Source: Thermostichus sp. DRC_bins_24
GTDB lineage: Bacteria > Cyanobacteriota > Cyanobacteriia > Thermostichales > Thermostichaceae
Reading direction: 5' to 3'
Length of the DNA: 43,164 nucleotides
NCBI GenBank assembly: GCA_039794845.1
Contig: JAUQVK010000100.1
Location: 1 to 43,164 of the forward strand
Positions within the stretch are counted from its first letter, which is position 1. The number at the start of each line of letters is the position of its first letter. Shown piece by piece: positions 39,238-43,164 of the stretch. The notes beneath the pieces are model-generated. The model ran no database searches. It was not told the DNA's origin and saw only the letters and a list, made by a program, of their open reading frames with translations. Made by a program: the position numbers and the translations under genes.

Positions 39238-40713
39238 TTAGCGATAGCGGATCAAGTCGTAGATCTCGAGATATTCCTTGCCCGGGTAGTTCCAGGAGTA
39301 GTCGTAGCCCATGCCCTGAGTTTGCAGTTGCCGAAACTGGGCAGGAGACTCGTACCAAAGATCAATGGCCCGATCCAGGGCAGATTCCAGGGCTGCCGGA
39401 TCCGTCTGGTAAAACACGTAGCCGTTGCGCTGCTCGGGTAATTTTTGCGTGTCGTAGTCGCGGTCGAAGACGGTGTCTACCAAGCCGCCCACCCCCCTCA
39501 CCACCGGCACCGTGCCGTATTTCAAGCCGATCATCTGGGTAAGTCCGCAGGGTTCGTAATGGCTGGGCACCACGATCAGATCCGCCCCGGCATAGATTAG
39601 GTGAGAGAGTTCCTCATTGAAGCCCAACTCGATATGAATATCGGGATTGTCATTGAGGTAGCGCTTTTCGTGAGCAAACCAAGAGCCAATTGCCCGCTCG
39701 GTGGCTGCCCCCAGTAGGACAAATTGGGCCTTTTTGAACAGGGCGCGATAGATGGCATGATGCACCAAATGCACCCCCTTTTGTTCATCCAACCGTCCGA
39801 TGTAGGCAACAATCGGCTTATCGACATCCTGTAATAGCAGGCGATCCCGTAGGGCTTTTTTGTTCTTGGCTTTGTCGGCTAGGGTTTTGGCGGTGTAGGT
39901 GGCCGGAATAAAGCGGTCGATCTCCGGGTTCCAAATGTCGTAGTCGATGCCATTCAGAACGCCGCGAAACTTATTTTGGTGAAGATAGAGGGTGTGGCCA
40001 AGTCCATAACTGTAGTCCCCAAATCGCGCCTCTAGGGCGTGGTTGGGGGAAACCGTGGTGACGAAATTGGAGAACACAATGCCCCCCTTCATGAAGTTGA
40101 GAGAGAAGGGGTTAAAGTTATCCCGCAAGCGATCGTAGTGAAAGTAGTAGGACTCGCGGTTGAGCCCGGTTGCCCAAAGAATCTCAGAGCCGCCAAACCC
40201 TTGATGCTTAAAGTTGTGAATGGTGTAGCACACCCGCTGATTCCACATGCCGTTGTATTTGTAGATCTCAAACAGCAACACCGGCACCAACCCGGTCTGC
40301 CAATCGTGACAGTGGATTACATCTGGGCGCTTGTTGCTACGCAACAGGAACTCCAGAGCTGCCTTACTAAAAAAGGCAAAACGCATATTGTCGTCGTGGC
40401 AACCGTAGTAACAACCGCGATTGAAGAAGTTGTCTCCCGAATGCGGTTCGATAAAAAAGCAAAGACGCCCATGCACCCAGCCACAGTACACCGAGCAGTG
40501 AATCGCCCCCCCATACCAGGGCACCCAAAGATCGCGGTAGGCATCGTGCAAGCCCCAGATCTGGTCGTAGCGCATGTTGTCGTACTTGGGCAGAACCAGC
40601 TCGACACAGTGGCCGCGTCCTTCCAACTCCCGGCTAAGGCCGTACACCACATCGCCCAACCCCCCTGCTTTGATCACTGGGGCACATTCGGATGCAATCT
40701 GCACGATGTACAT
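39238..40713 (-). CDS. glgA: Glycogen synthase
   Basis: Motifs K.GGLGDV, HCHDWQTG, GRL.EQKG and EPCGLTQ. Confidence 0.96.
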   Translation of the reverse strand: MYIVQIASECAPVIKAGGLGDVVYGLSRELEGRGHCVELVLPKYDNMRYDQIWGLHDAYRDLWVPWYGGAIHCSVYCGWVHGRLCFFIEPHSGDNFFNRGCYYGCHDDNMRFAFFSKAALEFLLRSNKRPDVIHCHDWQTGLVPVLLFEIYKYNGMWNQRVCYTIHNFKHQGFGGSEILWATGLNRESYYFHYDRLRDNFNPFSLNFMKGGIVFSNFVTTVSPNHALEARFGDYSYGLGHTLYLHQNKFRGVLNGIDYDIWNPEIDRFIPATYTAKTLADKAKNKKALRDRLLLQDVDKPIVAYIGRLDEQKGVHLVHHAIYRALFKKAQFVLLGAATERAIGSWFAHEKRYLNDNPDIHIELGFNEELSHLIYAGADLIVVPSHYEPCGLTQMIGLKYGTVPVVRGVGGLVDTVFDRDYDTQKLPEQRNGYVFYQTDPAALESALDRAIDLWYESPAQFRQLQTQGMGYDYSWNYPGKEYLEIYDLIRYR

Positions 40714-40882
40714 GTCGAGACCTCCCGCAGCAGAGTCTTACCTTTCTTTACAAACGATAATCGCTTTTGGTCTCGATAGAACATCCCCCGCAACGACAAA
40801 GGATCCCTAGCGTAGGGATCCCTCGTGTAACGGCCAAGTTGGCCGGTGGGGTTCAGGCTCAAACCACTCCCTTCGTTGGGCA

Positions 40883-40912
40883 AAGCAGGGTTATTCAAGC
40901 AGGGTTATTCAA
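40883..40912. repeat. 14-bp tandem duplication AAGCAGGGTTATTC x2 upstream of glgA
   Basis: Directly visible. Confidence 0.85.
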
Positions 40913-41007
40913 CATGTGGACAACCCCTCACGCTCAGGCTCTGGCCTTGTTCCGTAGCATGAGGGAGCGCCAAGATGCAGAAAGAGCCACCAACCCAAAG
41001 GCCTCCC

Positions 41008-41355
41008 CTATGGGATCAGACGGTTAATGCCAGGGTGGTAGTACCGTTCCTCAATCCAGCAGCGCAGTTCATCTTCGGAGCAGATCGTGGCAGAAGTGTT
41101 CGTCTTGGGATCGTAGGCATGCCAAAGGACGTGACCAGCTCGGTCGCGGCTTTGCCAAACCTGCACTTCATCGGAGCCAACCCAGAAGTTTGTGAGGGCT
41201 TGCCAGGTGTGCTTCAAGCCGGACCAGAGCAATTGCAAGGTGGCACGGAAAGGCGAGGAGGCAGCTTGAGATGCTGCCGCAGTCACCTCTATTTCATGGA
41301 GGGGGATCCAACCTTGAGAAATCTTGAGTTGTGTGTTTTTCATACCGATGACCAT
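41008..41355 (-). CDS. Conserved cyanobacterial hypothetical protein
   Basis: E.QVWQ..DR.G...WH.YDP.T......SE.E.R.WIE.RYY pattern. Confidence 0.8.
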   Translation of the reverse strand: MVIGMKNTQLKISQGWIPLHEIEVTAAASQAASSPFRATLQLLWSGLKHTWQALTNFWVGSDEVQVWQSRDRAGHVLWHAYDPKTNTSATICSEDELRCWIEERYYHPGINRLIP

Positions 41356-41499
41356 TGAGCCTGTTCACAGTTCCACCCTATCGATTGCGTTAGTTAGGAT
41401 CAAAACATCTTCTGCATGGGATCCATGAGCAATTTCGATGGACAGCGGCTCTTTTCCGCCGAGGGATCCCTTCGACCAGAACAGTATGGTCACTCCCAA

Positions 41500-41540
41500 C
41501 GATACACTTTCCGACTTCCCTCTCTCCCTTTGGGAAAAGA
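41500..41540 (+). repeat. Dispersed repeat, truncated copy 3
   Basis: CGATACACTTTCCGACTTCCCTCTCTCCCTTTGGGA matches the first ~36 bp of the 15873-15974 copy. Confidence 0.75.
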
Positions 41541-41592
41541 ACTCCAGAGAACTCCAACAGAGACAGCTTTGCAGGGATGAATCGGACGCGAT

Positions 41593-43110
41593 CTACCCGT
41601 TGGGGAAATTGAGGAAGCCCGCCAAGGCTGGCGCAATGGGCAGCAGCGTCATCACCATCAAAAACAAAGCCAGCAATGCCAAGGCATCCCGTTGGCCATC
41701 GGTTTCGCTGATCTCATTTTGAGGGGGACGCTCCGGCTCACGGGCAACAAACAAAATCAGCAGGGCCCAATACAAGGCCAAAACATTGCTAAAAGAAGCC
41801 ACCGCCAGCGCAATCAAGGTAAAAAACGTGGCCCGAGCTGCTGTCTTGCGCCCATACACCGCCTGCATGATCCGGCCACCGTCGAGCTGGCCGGCGGGCA
41901 ACAGGCTCAAAGCGGTGATCCCCAGGCCAATCCAGCCCACCGCCACCAAGGGGTGAATGGCGATCACCTCCGACTGAAACTCGCCCCCCAATACCAGGCG
42001 AGCCAGGGTTCCCACCAAAATCGAGCTGCGGAACAGGTCGGTAGGCACGTACAGACCTGTCGAACCCGACAACAACAGCCCCACCAGCAACACCAGCAAA
42101 GAGACGATCCCACCCGCCGCTGGCCCGGCAAAGGCAATATCGAACAGGGCTTTACGATTGGGTACCGGCGATTCGATGCGATTCAAGGATCCCAGTGTAC
42201 CAATGCCAAAACTGGGGATAACAAAGGCAGGGCTGAGGCGTACCCCGTACTTACCCGCCATCCAACGACGGCCGGCCTCGTGCACCAGCAAGATGGAAAG
42301 GATCCCGACCGAGACGGGCAAAGCCTCCACCCAACGCCCCGGCGCATCCAGCAGGCGAAAGCCAAACAGATTTGCCCCGACTTCCAACGTGGCAATAAAG
42401 CTAAACAACAGCAGCGCTCCCGCCAGGATTTTCGCTCCGGTGGAGGCGCGATAGTTGACAATCTCATCCGGCAGCACTACCACCGCCGGCTTTTCCGAGG
42501 GATCCTCCACCAAAAACAGTTGGTAGCGACCGCCCAGCCGCTCCTTCAACTTGTCGCTCAACAGGGGTAGAACCACCTCGGGATCCTGGCGCAGGTTGCC
42601 CTTAAAGATTGCCCCCTCTCCGTAGGGAATAGCCTCGGTGACAAAGAAAGTGTCAATGCCGAAGATGGACTGAATTGCCTGAAGATCTTCGGCAGAAAGG
42701 CGATGGGAAACTGCCGGGGTAGCAGTGGACTCCGTCCCGCTATCGCGAGTGGACTCCGTCCCGCTATCGCGATTAGGAGCCTCTTCAACAGACTCCTCCA
42801 CATCGCTGCGGTTGGCCAATTGCTCGCGGCGGGCCTGTAACTCCTGGTTCGCCAACTGGCGGGTCTTGCGCCCCACGGCGATATACAACCCTGTGAACAG
42901 CAGCAGCAACAACAGGAACCCGGCGAAGTTGAGGTAGATCCCAAACAGCAGCAGCCCCAAAAATGCCACCCAAGGCAACAACAACAGGGATCCCTGCAGC
43001 CAAACCCAGACGGCTACGGATCCCCGCTTGCGTGCCCGCCAAAAGCCCCAACCCAAAAACGCCAGTGTCGCCAACAAAAAGAGCGGGGTAATCTCGGTGG
43101 CAATGTTCAT
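41593..43110 (-). CDS. Site-2 protease (M50) family membrane protein with altered metal motif
   Basis: FG.DTFF.TE, LFDIA.AGP.AG, HPL...GW.GL and P.GQLDGG.I. The HExxH motif reads HEAGR. Confidence 0.9.
   Translation of the reverse strand: MNIATEITPLFLLATLAFLGWGFWRARKRGSVAVWVWLQGSLLLLPWVAFLGLLLFGIYLNFAGFLLLLLLFTGLYIAVGRKTRQLANQELQARREQLANRSDVEESVEEAPNRDSGTESTRDSGTESTATPAVSHRLSAEDLQAIQSIFGIDTFFVTEAIPYGEGAIFKGNLRQDPEVVLPLLSDKLKERLGGRYQLFLVEDPSEKPAVVVLPDEIVNYRASTGAKILAGALLLFSFIATLEVGANLFGFRLLDAPGRWVEALPVSVGILSILLVHEAGRRWMAGKYGVRLSPAFVIPSFGIGTLGSLNRIESPVPNRKALFDIAFAGPAAGGIVSLLVLLVGLLLSGSTGLYVPTDLFRSSILVGTLARLVLGGEFQSEVIAIHPLVAVGWIGLGITALSLLPAGQLDGGRIMQAVYGRKTAARATFFTLIALAVASFSNVLALYWALLILFVAREPERPPQNEISETDGQRDALALLALFLMVMTLLPIAPALAGFLNFPNG
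42724..42772 (-). repeat. In-frame 24-bp duplication (RDSGTEST x2) in the M50 linker
   Basis: AGTGGACTCCGTCCCGCTATCGCG occurs twice. Confidence 0.92.
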
Positions 43111-43164
43111 GGTCTTCCATCCTTGAGGTCTTGCTCAAGCGGCAACGGTAGCCCCCTGCGGAGC

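Larger units (their letters stand above)
167..42993. repeat. Highly iterated palindrome GGGATCCC (HIP variant), dozens of copies in coding and non-coding DNA
   Basis: Seen throughout; canonical HIP1 GCGATCGC is nearly absent. GGGATCCC is the known HIP of Yellowstone Synechococcus OS-A/B'. Confidence 0.95.

Noticed and set aside
40928..40970. Another copy of the A/C element upstream of glgA (minus strand GGAACAAGGCCAGAGCCTG)
   Set aside because: Too short and gapped; blocks A and B are absent; consistent with chance.
1159..42570. Many long antisense or overlapping ORFs in the track (e.g. 1613-2311, 35549-36607, 41692-42570)
   Set aside because: Shadow frames of well-supported GC-rich genes on the opposite strand.

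Overview
GC-rich cyanobacterial chromosome segment, almost certainly a hot-spring Thermostichus (Synechococcus OS-A/OS-B' clade), judged from the dense GGGATCCC palindrome and the gene set. Most of it is housekeeping: tRNA-Arg(CCU), S8 lipoprotein protease, exbBD, bvdR, SpoIID, MFS, yidD, NitT/TauT-type ABC transporter, DUF389, lipA, tkt, pilMNOQ, Lys/Orn/Arg decarboxylase, CNNM/CorC, RutA-like monooxygenase, ilvB, GH57, glgA and an M50 protease homologue. Accessory signals: a probable IS630 tail next to the tRNA, a ~100-bp dispersed repeat (two full copies, one partial), a foreign-looking 13-15.7 kb islet with an attC-like scar, an AT-richer GGGATCCC-free pilQ followed by a gene remnant, and a heptad tandem-repeat protein. 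The most unusual region is 20.9-23.6 kb. Three consecutive long intergenic spacers there are rich in complementary helices. Two of them (about 21030-21280 and 23325-23510) are diverged homologues in inverted orientation, with four colinear conserved blocks. They bracket two secreted-protein genes and point into an unannotated 42-aa membrane peptide and the pilMNOQ operon. All calls were made by eye; no database search or folding program was run.
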